From Myxococcota bacterium (GTDB lineage Bacteria; Myxococcota_A; UBA9042; PHBI01; JAWLBL01), in contig JAWLBL010000020.1 in the NCBI GenBank assembly GCA_041687695.1, positions 1 through 64,000 of the forward strand: a stretch of 64,000 bases of DNA, written 5' to 3'. Numbering within the stretch: position 1 is the stretch's first letter; each line of letters begins with the position of its first letter. The notes under the pieces were generated by a model. That model did no database searches. It was not told where the DNA came from and worked only from the letters and a program-made list of their open reading frames with translations. The position numbers were made by a program, and so were the translations under genes. Below, in pieces: positions 34,613 through 44,617 of the stretch.

Positions 34613-35593
34613 CTACCAGTCGCCGACGAAGTCGACCTCGAGGCCCAGGCCGCGCTCGCGGGCGGCGCGGTGGATGAGCCGGGCGAGGGCGAGGTCCTGG
34701 ATGGCCAGCCCCGTCGAGTCGAAGACGGTCACGTCGTCGTCGTGGACGCGCCCCGCCTTCAGCCCCGCGACGACCTGCCCCAGCGTGCCGGCCAGGGCCG
34801 CGACCTCGAGCTCGCCGTTGTGGAGCGGGACGTTGATCTCGCCGCTCTCGGTGGCCTGCTCGAAGTCGTCGATGAAGACGCGGGCGTCGGCCAGGATGCG
34901 GCCTTCGAGCTCTTGCTTGCCCGGGGCGTCGGCGCCCATGGCGTTGATGTGGCTGCCCGGGACGACCCACTCGCGCTGCACGATGGGCCGGCGCGAGGGC
35001 GTCGCCGTGCAGACGATGTCGCAGCTGGCCGCCTCCTGGACCGGGACGAGCTTGCCGCCGACCTTGCTGGCGAAGCCTCGGGCGGCCTCGGCGTCGACGT
35101 CGAACATCTTGGGCACGAGATCCGGGTAGACGACGCGGTGCGCCTCGAGCAGGTAGCGGGCCTGCACGCCGCAGCCGACGAAGCCGATGGTGCGGGCGTC
35201 GCGCCGCGCGAGGAAGCGCGAGGCGACCGCGGCGGCGGCGCCCGTGCGGGCCGCGGTCAGCAGGGTAGCGTCCATCACGGCGAGCGGCAGCGCCGTCTCG
35301 GGGTCGCTCAGGATGTACAGCCCCATCACCGTCGGCAGGCCGAACCGCTCGGGGTTGCGGGGGTGCGCGTTGACCCACTTGAGGCCGGCGCAGCCGTCCA
35401 CGGCCGAGGGCATGGCGCGGAAGTCGCCTTCGTAGGCCTCGAGAGGCAGGTAGACCTTGGGCGGCATCACGGCCTCGCCGCGTCCGTGGGCGGCGAAGGC
35501 GGCCTCTATGGCCGGGACGGCGGCGTCCATGGTCAGGACGGCCTTCACGTCCCGCCGGGTCAGGACCAGGGTCGCGGACGGGGGCTTCATCAT
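34613..35593 (-). CDS. ornithine cyclodeaminase/mu-crystallin family protein (alanine dehydrogenase-like)
   Basis: PPKVY, GDFRAMP, GLKWVN.HP.N, TAARTGAA, GCGVQA, HINAMGAD, FDSTGLAIQD. Confidence 0.9.
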   Translation of the reverse strand: MMKPPSATLVLTRRDVKAVLTMDAAVPAIEAAFAAHGRGEAVMPPKVYLPLEAYEGDFRAMPSAVDGCAGLKWVNAHPRNPERFGLPTVMGLYILSDPETALPLAVMDATLLTAARTGAAAAVASRFLARRDARTIGFVGCGVQARYLLEAHRVVYPDLVPKMFDVDAEAARGFASKVGGKLVPVQEAASCDIVCTATPSRRPIVQREWVVPGSHINAMGADAPGKQELEGRILADARVFIDDFEQATESGEINVPLHNGELEVAALAGTLGQVVAGLKAGRVHDDDVTVFDSTGLAIQDLALARLIHRAARERGLGLEVDFVGDW

Positions 35594-35658
35594 GGCGGCG
35601 GCCTCGGCGTCGGGGAGGGCTCTGGGTTACCGCATCCGGCGCGCGAGCGGAAGGGCCG

Positions 35659-38223
35659 TCACTGCTGGAGCAGGTCGGCGAGGTCGGCGGCGGTCCGTTC
35701 GGCGAGCGGGCCGTCGAGCTTGGCGCCCTCGCCGGTGACGACGTAGAAGCTGTCGCGGGCGATGCGGCCTTCGGTGGCGACGTAGGCCTGGTCGACGGAC
35801 AGGCCGCGATCGCGGAAGAAGGTGGCGATGCGGTGCAGCAGGCCCGTGCGATCGCCGGTCGCCACGTCGAAGACGGTGTGGTGGCTCGCGGCTTCGTTGG
35901 ACGCCGTGGCCGTCGTCTCGACGGGCGGCAGGCCGCCCACGTCGCGGTGGGCGTCGCGGCGTTCGGCCAGGCGCTGGCTGACGGCCTGCGGGTCGAGCAT
36001 GGCGGTGCGGAGGCGCTCGGCGAGGCGGCGCGCCTGGTCGGGGTCGGACAGGCGGCGGTGCGGATCGGCCAGCCGGAAGACGTCCAGGACCTTGGCGCCG
36101 ACCAGCGAGTAGATGTCGGCCGACAACACGTCGACGCCGATGCTGGCGAGGCCCCCGGTGAGGTCGGCGAGCAGGCCGGGGCGGTCGTCGCCGACCACGA
36201 GCAGCTCGGCGTCGTCGCGGCCCGGCTCGGGGCGTAGCTCGACCACCGGCTGGCCGGAGGCGAGGGCGCGGCGCCACAGGCGGTAGTGGCGCTCGGTCTG
36301 GTCGGCGGTGGTCGCGTGGAAGTAGCGCGTGGGCAGCGCGGCGCAGAAGTCGTCGATGGGGTCGCTGGTCGCGTCGGGGGCCTGCGGGACCGAGCCGAGC
36401 TCGGCCGAGGCGAGGTGCTGGCGGCGCTCGCGGACGATGCCCTTGGGGTCGGCGAACAGGCCCGGCTCCTCGAGGAAGGCGCGGGTGCGCTGGTAGAGGG
36501 TGTCGAGCAGATCGCGGTGCCAGGCCGTGAAGGTGGCCGGGCCGACGCTGGACCAGTCGGCGACCGTCAGGAGGTAGAGGCGGTCGAGGGTGGCGAGGTC
36601 GCCGACGACGCGCGCGACGTAGGTGATGGGGCGCGGGTCGCTGAGATCGCGCCGCATGCAGATGAGGGCGAGGTCGGCCTGGTGCTCGATGAGCGAGGCG
36701 ACCAGGCCACGCTCGGCGTCGTCGAGGCCGAGGCGGGCGCTGATGGGGCCGGAAAGGGCCGCGCCGCGGTAGTGGTGCTGGGGGCCGTAGCCCTTGCCGA
36801 TGTCGTGCAGGAGCGTCGCGAGCACCAGGGCGCGCCGTTCCTCGAGCGGCGGCATGACGGCGGTGGCCAGGGGGAGGTCCTCGGCGTGCTCGCCGCGGGC
36901 GATGGCCTTGAGGCGGTCGACCGCGCGCAGGCTGTGCTCGTCGACCGTGTAGACGTGGTAGAGGTCGCGCTGGATGCGGCCCATGATGGCGTGCAGCTCG
37001 GGCAGGACCATCGCCAAGAGGCCCGTGCGGTGCATCAGGTGCAGCGCGCGGCTGGCGCCCTGGGACGCGTCGAGCAGCAGGTCGAGCAGCAGGCCTTGCA
37101 TCGCGGAGTCGTTGGCGAGGGCGTCGCCCAGCTGGCGGCCCACCGCCTCGAGGCCGTCCTCGAGCAGCGGCTCGACGCGCAGGTCGGTCGCCATCACCGT
37201 GTGGAGCGTCTCGACCACGTCCTCGACCGTGTGTGGGGCGGCGCCGTCGGCGCGGGCGAGGCGGCGCCCGCCGACGGTCACGAACCCGGGGCGGCCGGGC
37301 AGGGCGGCGCGGGTCGGCTCCTCGGTGCGGTCGCGGGCGATGGTCAGGCGGCGCACGGCCTGGCGGTCGAGCACGCGGCTGGACAGGTGGACCTCGCGCA
37401 TCAGGGGGATGGCCGGATCCTCGTCGGGGCCGCCCGTGAGGCCCAGCCGGCGCGCGACCTCGTCCTGGTACTCGAAGGTCAGGCGGTCGCTCTTGAAGGC
37501 GGCGACGCCGTGCAGGGCCATGCGCACCTTGAGGAGCGTGTCCTCGGCCTGCAGCACGCGCAGATCCACCGGCTCGCCGGTCAGGCGCGCGATCCAGCCG
37601 GCGATCTGGGCGTCGCGCAGGCCGCCGACGCCGTTCTTGAGGTCCGGCTCGAGCACGTAGACCGTGTCGCCGTGGCGGCGGGCGCGCTGCTCGCGGTCGG
37701 CGGCGATCCAGTCGACCAGCTGGTGGAAGCCCTCGCGCGCGTAGTGCTGATAGACCGGCTGCCGGACCGCCTCGGTGATGGCGGGATCGCCCGCGAGGTG
37801 GCGCGAGGTCAGGGCCGCGGTGCCGAAGCTGAGGTCGCCGAGGGCGAGGTCGAGGGCCTCGTCGACCGTGCGGACGCCGTGGCCGAGCTTGAGGCGCTCG
37901 GTCATCAGCGGCGACAGCAGGGCCCGCATCAGCTCGGTGGGGTCGTCGCCTCCGGGGGGCACGATCAGCTGTAGATCCACGTCCGAGCGCAGGCACATCT
38001 GGCGCCGGCCGTAGCCGCCGAGCGCCATCAGGGCCCACCCGTGGGGCAGGCCGTGGGTGCCCGGGTCCTCGAGGCCGGTCTGCTCGAGGGCGGCCTTGAG
38101 CGCGCCGAGGACCAGGGTGTCCACCGCGTGGGTGAAGCTCTCGCACAGGGCGTGGCCGCTGAGCTGCGGCTCGGTCGCGAGCGAGCCCATCACGCGATCG
38201 CGGTGCTGGGAGAAGAAGCTCAC
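35659..38223 (-). CDS. glnD: [protein-PII] uridylyltransferase/uridylyl-removing enzyme
   Basis: GGYGR....SDVDL, LEPDLKNGVGGLRD, HVYTVDEHS, LLHDIGKG, two ACT domains (DRPGLL, DRTGLL); GTGA overlap with mutS. Confidence 0.9.
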   Translation of the reverse strand: MSFFSQHRDRVMGSLATEPQLSGHALCESFTHAVDTLVLGALKAALEQTGLEDPGTHGLPHGWALMALGGYGRRQMCLRSDVDLQLIVPPGGDDPTELMRALLSPLMTERLKLGHGVRTVDEALDLALGDLSFGTAALTSRHLAGDPAITEAVRQPVYQHYAREGFHQLVDWIAADREQRARRHGDTVYVLEPDLKNGVGGLRDAQIAGWIARLTGEPVDLRVLQAEDTLLKVRMALHGVAAFKSDRLTFEYQDEVARRLGLTGGPDEDPAIPLMREVHLSSRVLDRQAVRRLTIARDRTEEPTRAALPGRPGFVTVGGRRLARADGAAPHTVEDVVETLHTVMATDLRVEPLLEDGLEAVGRQLGDALANDSAMQGLLLDLLLDASQGASRALHLMHRTGLLAMVLPELHAIMGRIQRDLYHVYTVDEHSLRAVDRLKAIARGEHAEDLPLATAVMPPLEERRALVLATLLHDIGKGYGPQHHYRGAALSGPISARLGLDDAERGLVASLIEHQADLALICMRRDLSDPRPITYVARVVGDLATLDRLYLLTVADWSSVGPATFTAWHRDLLDTLYQRTRAFLEEPGLFADPKGIVRERRQHLASAELGSVPQAPDATSDPIDDFCAALPTRYFHATTADQTERHYRLWRRALASGQPVVELRPEPGRDDAELLVVGDDRPGLLADLTGGLASIGVDVLSADIYSLVGAKVLDVFRLADPHRRLSDPDQARRLAERLRTAMLDPQAVSQRLAERRDAHRDVGGLPPVETTATASNEAASHHTVFDVATGDRTGLLHRIATFFRDRGLSVDQAYVATEGRIARDSFYVVTGEGAKLDGPLAERTAADLADLLQQ

Positions 38224-40934
38224 GAGGCCTCCTGCCGGGCGAGCAGGGCGCGCAGCTCGTAGACGAGGTCGAGGGCGGCGCGCGGCGTGAGCCGGTCGGG
38301 GTCGACGGCCCTGAGGCGCTCGGTCAGGGCGTCGGGCGGTCCGGCCGGCGGGGCCTCGGCGGGCGCGGGCGAGTTGGCGAACAGGTTGAGCTGCCAGATG
38401 GACGAGGCGGTCCGGCGCTGGCCGCGGGCGAGGCGGGGGCGGCTGTCGCGGTCGAGGGTGACGGCCTCGAGGTTCGCGAGGATCTCGGTCGCGCGCGCGA
38501 CGACCGGGGTCGGCAGGCCGGCGAGTCGCGCGACCTGGATGCCGTAGCTGCGGTTGGCGCCACCGGCGACCAGGCGGCGCAGGAAGATGATGTCTTCCTT
38601 CCACTCCTTGACGGCGATGGTCATGTTGGCGACGCGCGGGCGGGTCGCGGCGAGCTCGGTCAGCTCGTGGTAGTGGGTCGCGAACAGGGTGCGGGCGCCG
38701 GTGACGTCGTGCAGGTGCTCGGCGACCGCCCAGGCGATGGAGACGCCGTCGTAGGTCGAGGTGCCGCGCCCGATCTCGTCGACGACGACCAGGCTGCGCG
38801 AGGTGGCCTCGGTCAGGATGGAGGCGGTCTCGGTCATCTCGACCATGAAGGTCGAGCGGCCTCGGGCCAGGTCGTCGGAGGCGCCCACGCGGGTGAAGAC
38901 CTGGTCGACCAGGCCCACGACGGCGTGGTCGGCGGGGACGAAGCTGCCCATCTGCGCCATCACGACGATGAGCGCGACCTGGCGCATCACCGTGGATTTG
39001 CCGGCCATGTTGGGGCCCGTGATGACGACCAGCCGCGGGCCCTCGGCGCCGGCCTCGCTGGCGTCGAACGAGACGTCGTTGGGGACGAACTCGCCGGCGG
39101 GCAGCAGCGACTCGATGACCGGGTGGCGGCCGCCCTCGACGCGCAGGGCGAGCGAGTCCTCGATCTGCGGGCGGACGTAGCCGCGGCGGTGGGCCAGCTC
39201 GGCGAGGCCGGCCAGCGCGTCCAGGCGCGCGATGGCCCCGGCGGCGGCCTGGATGCGCGCCCCGTGGGCGGCGACCTCGGCGCGGACGGCCTCGAACAGC
39301 TCCTGCTCGAGGGCGACCCGGCGCTCGTCGGCGCCAAGCACCTTGTCCTCGCGCTCCTTCAGCTCGGGCGTGTAGTAGCGCTCCGCGTTGGCCAGGGTCT
39401 GCTTGCGCAGCCACGTCGGCGGGACGTGGTGCAGGTTGGCCTTGGTGACCTCGATGAAGTAGCCGAAGACGTTGTTGTAGCGGATCTTCAGGCTGGCGAT
39501 GCCGCTGTCTTCGCGCAGCCGCGCGGCGTAGTCGTTGAACCAGCTCTTGCCGTCACGGGCGATGCTCAGCAGCTCGTCGAGCTCGGGGTGGCAGCCCTCG
39601 CGGATGACGCCGCCCTCCTTCAAGGTGGCGGGCGGGTCGTCGACCAGGGCGCGGCGGACGGCGGCCGAGGCCTCTGGCACGGGGTCGAGGGCGGCGGCGA
39701 GGGCGGTCAGGGCCGGGGCGCCGGTCGCCGCGAGGGTGGCGGCGAGATCGGGGATGCGCTCGAGGGAGCCAGCGAGGGCCATGAGATCCCGCGGCCCGGC
39801 CGTGCCCGCGACGGCGCGGGTGACCAGGCGCTCGAGGTCGTACACGCCCGCCAGGGCCTCGCGGACCAGCGCGCGGGCGCGCGGGTCGTCGACCAGGGCG
39901 GCGACCGCGTCGTGACGGGCGCGGATGGCCTCGACGTCCAGCAGCGGGAACAGCAGCCACTGCTTGAGCAGTCGCCCGCCCATCGCCGTCCGCGTCTGGT
40001 CGAGCAGGGCCAGCAAGGAGCCCTGGCGGCGGCCGTCGGCCAGGCTGCGGACCAGCTCGAGGTTGCGCACGGTCGCGGGCCCGAGCCGCATGACGCCGTC
40101 GAGGGGCTGTCGCTCGAGCGGCCGCAGGGGCAGGGCGCCGCCCTTCTGCATCTCGGCCACGTACTCGGTGACCATGGCCGCCGCGCTCGACACGGCGTCG
40201 TCCTCGCCGGTGGGGGCGGCGGTGGCGCTGAGGACCGCGCGCTCGAGCGCCGCGCGGACGGCCTGGACCGCCGCGGCGTCGCCTCGGTCGACGAGCACCT
40301 CGGCCGGGTCGATGCGGGTCAGCTCGTCCAGCGCGCGCGCGAGATCGGGCGCCTGGGTGCCGCGCACCTCGCCCGTCGAGGCGTCGACCCAGGCCAGGCC
40401 GACGCCCGCCTCGGGGTGGGCGGCGTCGCGCCACAAGGCGGCCAGGTAGTTGTTGCTGCGGCTCTCGAGGACGTCGTCGTCGAGCACGAGGCCCGGCGTG
40501 ACCACGCGGACGACCTCTCGGCGGACCAGGCCCTTGGCCTCGCGCGGGTCCTCGACCTGCTCGCACACGGCGACCTTGCGGCCGGCCTCGAGCAGGCGCC
40601 GGATGTAGGCCGCCGCGGCGTGGTGCGGGACGCCGGCCATCGGGATGGGAGCGTCGTCGGCCTTGTTGCGGCTGGTCAGCGTCAGCTCGAGCAGGTGGGC
40701 GGCGTCGATGGCGTCCTGGAAGAACGTCTCGTAGAAGTCGCCCATGCGAAACAGGACGATGGCCTCGGGGTGCTGCAGCTTCGCGTCCAGGTACTGACGC
40801 ATCATCGGCGTCTGGGCGGCGGGGTGCGGCGAGGCAGGGTCGGTCACCCAGCGAGGCCCGCCGCCGGCGTCCTCCGGGGCGTCGTCCGGCGCCGCAGCCG
40901 GCGCGGAGGGAGGGTGCGGGCTCCTGACGGTCAT
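38220..40934 (-). CDS. mutS: DNA mismatch repair protein MutS
   Basis: TPMMRQY, FRMGDFYETF, GRHPVIE, TGPNMAGKST, STFMVEM, DEIGRGTST, FATHYHEL, SYGIQVA. Confidence 0.98.
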   Translation of the reverse strand: MTVRSPHPPSAPAAAPDDAPEDAGGGPRWVTDPASPHPAAQTPMMRQYLDAKLQHPEAIVLFRMGDFYETFFQDAIDAAHLLELTLTSRNKADDAPIPMAGVPHHAAAAYIRRLLEAGRKVAVCEQVEDPREAKGLVRREVVRVVTPGLVLDDDVLESRSNNYLAALWRDAAHPEAGVGLAWVDASTGEVRGTQAPDLARALDELTRIDPAEVLVDRGDAAAVQAVRAALERAVLSATAAPTGEDDAVSSAAAMVTEYVAEMQKGGALPLRPLERQPLDGVMRLGPATVRNLELVRSLADGRRQGSLLALLDQTRTAMGGRLLKQWLLFPLLDVEAIRARHDAVAALVDDPRARALVREALAGVYDLERLVTRAVAGTAGPRDLMALAGSLERIPDLAATLAATGAPALTALAAALDPVPEASAAVRRALVDDPPATLKEGGVIREGCHPELDELLSIARDGKSWFNDYAARLREDSGIASLKIRYNNVFGYFIEVTKANLHHVPPTWLRKQTLANAERYYTPELKEREDKVLGADERRVALEQELFEAVRAEVAAHGARIQAAAGAIARLDALAGLAELAHRRGYVRPQIEDSLALRVEGGRHPVIESLLPAGEFVPNDVSFDASEAGAEGPRLVVITGPNMAGKSTVMRQVALIVVMAQMGSFVPADHAVVGLVDQVFTRVGASDDLARGRSTFMVEMTETASILTEATSRSLVVVDEIGRGTSTYDGVSIAWAVAEHLHDVTGARTLFATHYHELTELAATRPRVANMTIAVKEWKEDIIFLRRLVAGGANRSYGIQVARLAGLPTPVVARATEILANLEAVTLDRDSRPRLARGQRRTASSIWQLNLFANSPAPAEAPPAGPPDALTERLRAVDPDRLTPRAALDLVYELRALLARQEAS

Positions 40935-41060
40935 GGCCGCACCTTCTAACAGCGCCGGGGACCGCCGGCAACCGCGGCGCCGTGTGCCGGCCGTGGGCCA
41001 TTCGCAGGCGACGGGCGCACTTGACCGCCGTCCGCGGGCCCGGCACGATGCGCGGCCAGC

Positions 41061-42791
41061 ATGGCGAGGGTGTCGATGATGCGTGGCCAGGGAATCGGGC
41101 GAGGGGCGTTGGCGGGGGCCTTCGTGGCGTCGGCGTTGGCCGTCGGCGCGTGCGAGGGGGGCGGCGAGCCCCGCGGCGCGGAGGGCCTGTCGGTCACGAC
41201 GGCTGCGTTGGCGCCGTGCGTCGACAACGAGAACGGCAACCGGACGTTCCCGTCCGGGGCCGACCGCGTGGTGACGCGCATCACCGGCGGCGAGATCCCG
41301 GCCGACCAGCCGATCGTCACCAGCTTCTCTCAGGAGCAGGGGGCGTCGGGGTCGGTCGTCATCACCAACGTCCCGCCGGGACAGGGCATGCGCCTCGAGG
41401 TCGTCGGCTGTCAGGGCGCCGAGGTCGTCTGGGCCGGTCGCAGCGAGGGCCTGTCGGTCACCGCGCACATGAAGTCGTTCCCGGACGTGTTCCTGACGCC
41501 GGTGGGCGAGATGGCGTGCGTCGGGCGGGCGACGACGCCCGAGGCGCAGCGCCGGTCCAGCGTCGCGCGGGCCTTCGCGGCCGAGTCGCCGACCGCCGAC
41601 GGGGCGCTGCTGCTGGGCGGCTTCACCCAGTTCGATCCGCAGACGAAGGCGGCGCCGGCCACGGCGACCGTCGAGCGCTACGATCTCGAGGACAGCGCCT
41701 TCACGGTGGCCGGCGACCTGACCGGGCCGCGGGGCGGCGCGCTGGCGCGTCCGCTGGCCAACGGGAGCGTCCTGGTCGCGGGCGGGACCAAGGCGCTGGC
41801 CGTGGCGTTGGCGCCCAACGGCGCGCTGCAGCGCGCGTATCCCATGATCTGGAGCCTGCCCGCCGACCGGCCCGACTGCGGCTTCGAGGCCTTCGATCCC
41901 GAGACCGGGACGGCCAGCTGCCTGTCGACCGCTGTCCTGCCGGCGCTGCCGACGATGGCGGCCTACGGGGTCGAGGGCGTGGTGGCCGTCGGCGGCGTGG
42001 TCGCAGACCCGGCGGACCCGCGCGGCGTGCCGACCACGCAGGTGACGACGCGGTCCGGTGCGGCCGAGGCCACCTTCGACATGGCGCACGCGCGCTTCGG
42101 CGCGACGGTGGTGGCCCTCGGGGCCGACCGGGCGCTGGTGTTCGGTGGCAACGCGGACGGTGACCCGGCCCACGCGGCCGAGCTGCTGGATCTGTCCGCC
42201 GGGACGGCGTCGGCGCTGGACGTCTCGGGTCTCACGGCGATCCCGGTGCTGGCCGCTGGTACCTACCTGGGCACCGACGCGTCGGGGCGCCATCGGGTGC
42301 TCGTCGCGGGCGGCGGCGATGTCCGAACGACCTTCCCGCAGTACGTCGGCACCGTGGCGACGCCGCGGCTGGACCTTCTGACGGTGGACACGACCGCCGG
42401 GACCGTCGGCGTCAGCCCGGTCGACGCTGGCGGCGACGCGGCCCTGTTCCAGCGCGCGGCGGCGAGGCTGCAGCCGCTGCCCTCCGGGGGGCTCTGGCTG
42501 CTCGGTGGCATCACCAGCTTCACCAAGACCGAGGCCATCTGCGGCGACGCGCCGGACTGCCTGCCCGCGGACACCCTGACCTTCACCGTCGACGAGGCGG
42601 GGACCTTCACGGCGGTGCGCGACCTCGATCTCAGCGTGGGCCCGATGGGCTCGACCCCGGTGGGGCTGACCGACGGCTCCTGGCTGGTCGCCGGCGGCTT
42701 CACCACCGTCTCGGCCGCGGCCGCGCTCGACCGCGGGGCCAACCTGGTGCGCTTCGCGCCGCTCGCGCCGGAGCTCTGCGCGACCCCCTGA
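41061..42791 (+). CDS. lipoprotein with Kelch-like beta-propeller repeats
   Basis: Lipobox VGAC; repeated LLLGG, VLVAGG, ALVFGG, WLLGG, WLVAGG. Confidence 0.65.
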   Translation: MARVSMMRGQGIGRGALAGAFVASALAVGACEGGGEPRGAEGLSVTTAALAPCVDNENGNRTFPSGADRVVTRITGGEIPADQPIVTSFSQEQGASGSVVITNVPPGQGMRLEVVGCQGAEVVWAGRSEGLSVTAHMKSFPDVFLTPVGEMACVGRATTPEAQRRSSVARAFAAESPTADGALLLGGFTQFDPQTKAAPATATVERYDLEDSAFTVAGDLTGPRGGALARPLANGSVLVAGGTKALAVALAPNGALQRAYPMIWSLPADRPDCGFEAFDPETGTASCLSTAVLPALPTMAAYGVEGVVAVGGVVADPADPRGVPTTQVTTRSGAAEATFDMAHARFGATVVALGADRALVFGGNADGDPAHAAELLDLSAGTASALDVSGLTAIPVLAAGTYLGTDASGRHRVLVAGGGDVRTTFPQYVGTVATPRLDLLTVDTTAGTVGVSPVDAGGDAALFQRAAARLQPLPSGGLWLLGGITSFTKTEAICGDAPDCLPADTLTFTVDEAGTFTAVRDLDLSVGPMGSTPVGLTDGSWLVAGGFTTVSAAAALDRGANLVRFAPLAPELCATP

Positions 42792-42914
42792 TTCGCCCGG
42801 GCGGACGGGAAGACGGGCGCGCCCCTGGGGGTTCCTCGCTCGATTCCGGAGCCTTGTCAGCGGGCATGCGGTCGTGTATCAGTCCGCGCCTGCGCGGCAA
42901 AGACAGGAGGCGGT

Positions 42915-44003
42915 GTGAGCGATATTTCGGTGACCAGTGGCGCTCCCCAGGCGGTCGAGCTCGAGCCCGGCGCGACCGGCGCGTTCGCGTGCTTCGGCAG
43001 CTGGGAGAATAGCAAGACCTGCTACCGCCTCAGCGAGGTGGAGGACCCGCTCGACGGGTGCTCGCAGAGCATCGAGTGCCGGCGCTATACCCTCGAGCAG
43101 AACCCACCGACGACGCGTTTCTCGGTCAAGCCCCGCCGTGACGGGCGCTTCGAGATTCAGCAGTTCCGCGACTTCATCCAGGAGCAGACCAGCTACGACA
43201 TGGCGATCTCGCGCGGCGAGATCGTCATCACGTACCCGGGCGACCGCGGGGTCCCGAAGTCCAAGCGGTTCTTCCTGCACGTCAAGAACATCGAGCAGGC
43301 CGAGCTGAACATCGACAAGGACTTCGAGCTCATCATGTCGCTCGAGAAGATGGTCCTGCGGCAGGCCGGCAGCCTCCTCGGCGGCATCGGCGGCGCTCGC
43401 CCGTCCGCCCGGCGCGAGGAGGACGATCCCGAGGCGCGTCGCCGCCGCATCGCCGAGAAGCTCCGCCAGAAGGCCAGTGAGGAGGCGCGCAAGGCCGACT
43501 CCTTCGACGACGAGCTGGATCTCGAGCTGGACATCGATCTGGACGAGGACGACGACGATCTGGACATCGACGAGATCGACCTCGAGGAGGACGTCGACGA
43601 CGAGGTCGAGGCGGACGACGACGATGATGACGAGGCCGACGCCGAGGTGGACGTCGCCGTGAACGACGACCTCGAGGTGTTCGGCGACCTCGACGCCATC
43701 GGCCCCATCGACGATCTCGACGAGGACAGCGAAGAGGACGCCGACGACGAGAGCGTGGAAGAGGGCGCCGCCGAGTCCTCTGGCGACGCGGACGACCTCC
43801 CGGTCGGCGACCCCGCCGACACCGACGACGACGACGACGACGACGTCGAGCTCGACGACGGTGACGACGACGAGGATGACGAGCGTCCTCGCGCCAAGAA
43901 GAAGGCGCCGGCCAAGAAGGCGGCCGCCAAGGCGGAGAAGAAGCCCGCCGAGAAGAAGGCGGCCGACAAGAAGCCCGCCGCCAAGAAGAAGAAGGCCGAG
44001 TAG
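42915..44003 (+). CDS. hypothetical protein with Cys-containing N-domain, long acidic tract and Lys/Ala-rich tail
   Basis: AGGAGG RBS before GTG; upstream TTGTCA-17-TATCAG; composition read from the translation. Confidence 0.8.
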   Translation: MSDISVTSGAPQAVELEPGATGAFACFGSWENSKTCYRLSEVEDPLDGCSQSIECRRYTLEQNPPTTRFSVKPRRDGRFEIQQFRDFIQEQTSYDMAISRGEIVITYPGDRGVPKSKRFFLHVKNIEQAELNIDKDFELIMSLEKMVLRQAGSLLGGIGGARPSARREEDDPEARRRRIAEKLRQKASEEARKADSFDDELDLELDIDLDEDDDDLDIDEIDLEEDVDDEVEADDDDDDEADAEVDVAVNDDLEVFGDLDAIGPIDDLDEDSEEDADDESVEEGAAESSGDADDLPVGDPADTDDDDDDDVELDDGDDDEDDERPRAKKKAPAKKAAAKAEKKPAEKKAADKKPAAKKKKAE

Positions 44004-44460
44004 GCCCGCTCCTACGGTCGAACCACGAGGCCCTGGTCCCCCGACCGGGGCCTCGTTGCTTTCGAAGGCGCGGCGTCAGCGGTGCCGCCAAGAAGGAGGC
44101 CGAGCAGGCCCGCTTCTACGGTCGAACCACGAGGCCTCGGTCCCCCGACCGGGGCCCAAAACGCACGGGGTCAGCGGTGCCGCCCCATAGAGGGTGTCGC
44201 AAAAGCCCAACCGGAGTGCTCCACCTTGGTGGAGCCCCCATTTGGCGCAGCTTGCTGCGCCGGCTTGGCGGCCAGATCCCGGCGGCAAGCCGCCGGCTCC
44301 GGGGCTCCAGCAAGCTGGAGCACTCCAAGGCCGCCTCAGCCGGCATCAACACGACACCCTCCCATAGGAGGCCGAACAGGCCAGCTCCTACGGTCGAACC
44401 ACGAGGCCCTGGTCCCCCGACCGGGGCCTCGTTGCTTTCGAAGGCGCGGCGTCAGCGGTG
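43976..44460. repeat. three degenerate copies of an about 105-bp unit (gene 3' end plus terminator hairpin)
   Basis: ctacggtcgaaccacgaggcc..ggtcccccgaccggggcc recurs near 44012, 44116 and 44388. Confidence 0.85.
44190..44361. mobile_element. 172-bp MITE with internal REP-like hairpins
   Basis: TIR GAGGGTGTCG/CGACACCCTC; CCATA duplicated at 44185-44189 and 44362-44366. Confidence 0.8.
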
Positions 44461-44537
44461 ACCGGCCCCAACCCGAGCATCGGACGGGCGAAGATGGGCT
44501 GGGCCTCGCTCCTTCACGGAGCGGCCACCGAACGACA

Positions 44538-44565
44538 GAGGCCCCGGTCGCGTGACCGGGGCCTC
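44538..44565 (-). terminator. hairpin terminator downstream of the pilin gene
   Basis: GAGGCCCCGGTC-gcgt-GACCGGGGCCTC. Confidence 0.6.
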
Positions 44566-44617
44566 TAGGCTGGACATGGGGCGCTGGCCTGCGGCCGGCG
44601 CGGCGGGGCGACGGCGG

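Noticed and set aside
43976..44460. CRISPR-like repeat-spacer array
   Set aside because: Unit is about 105 bp, derives from a gene end plus terminator, and the intervening DNA is a MITE
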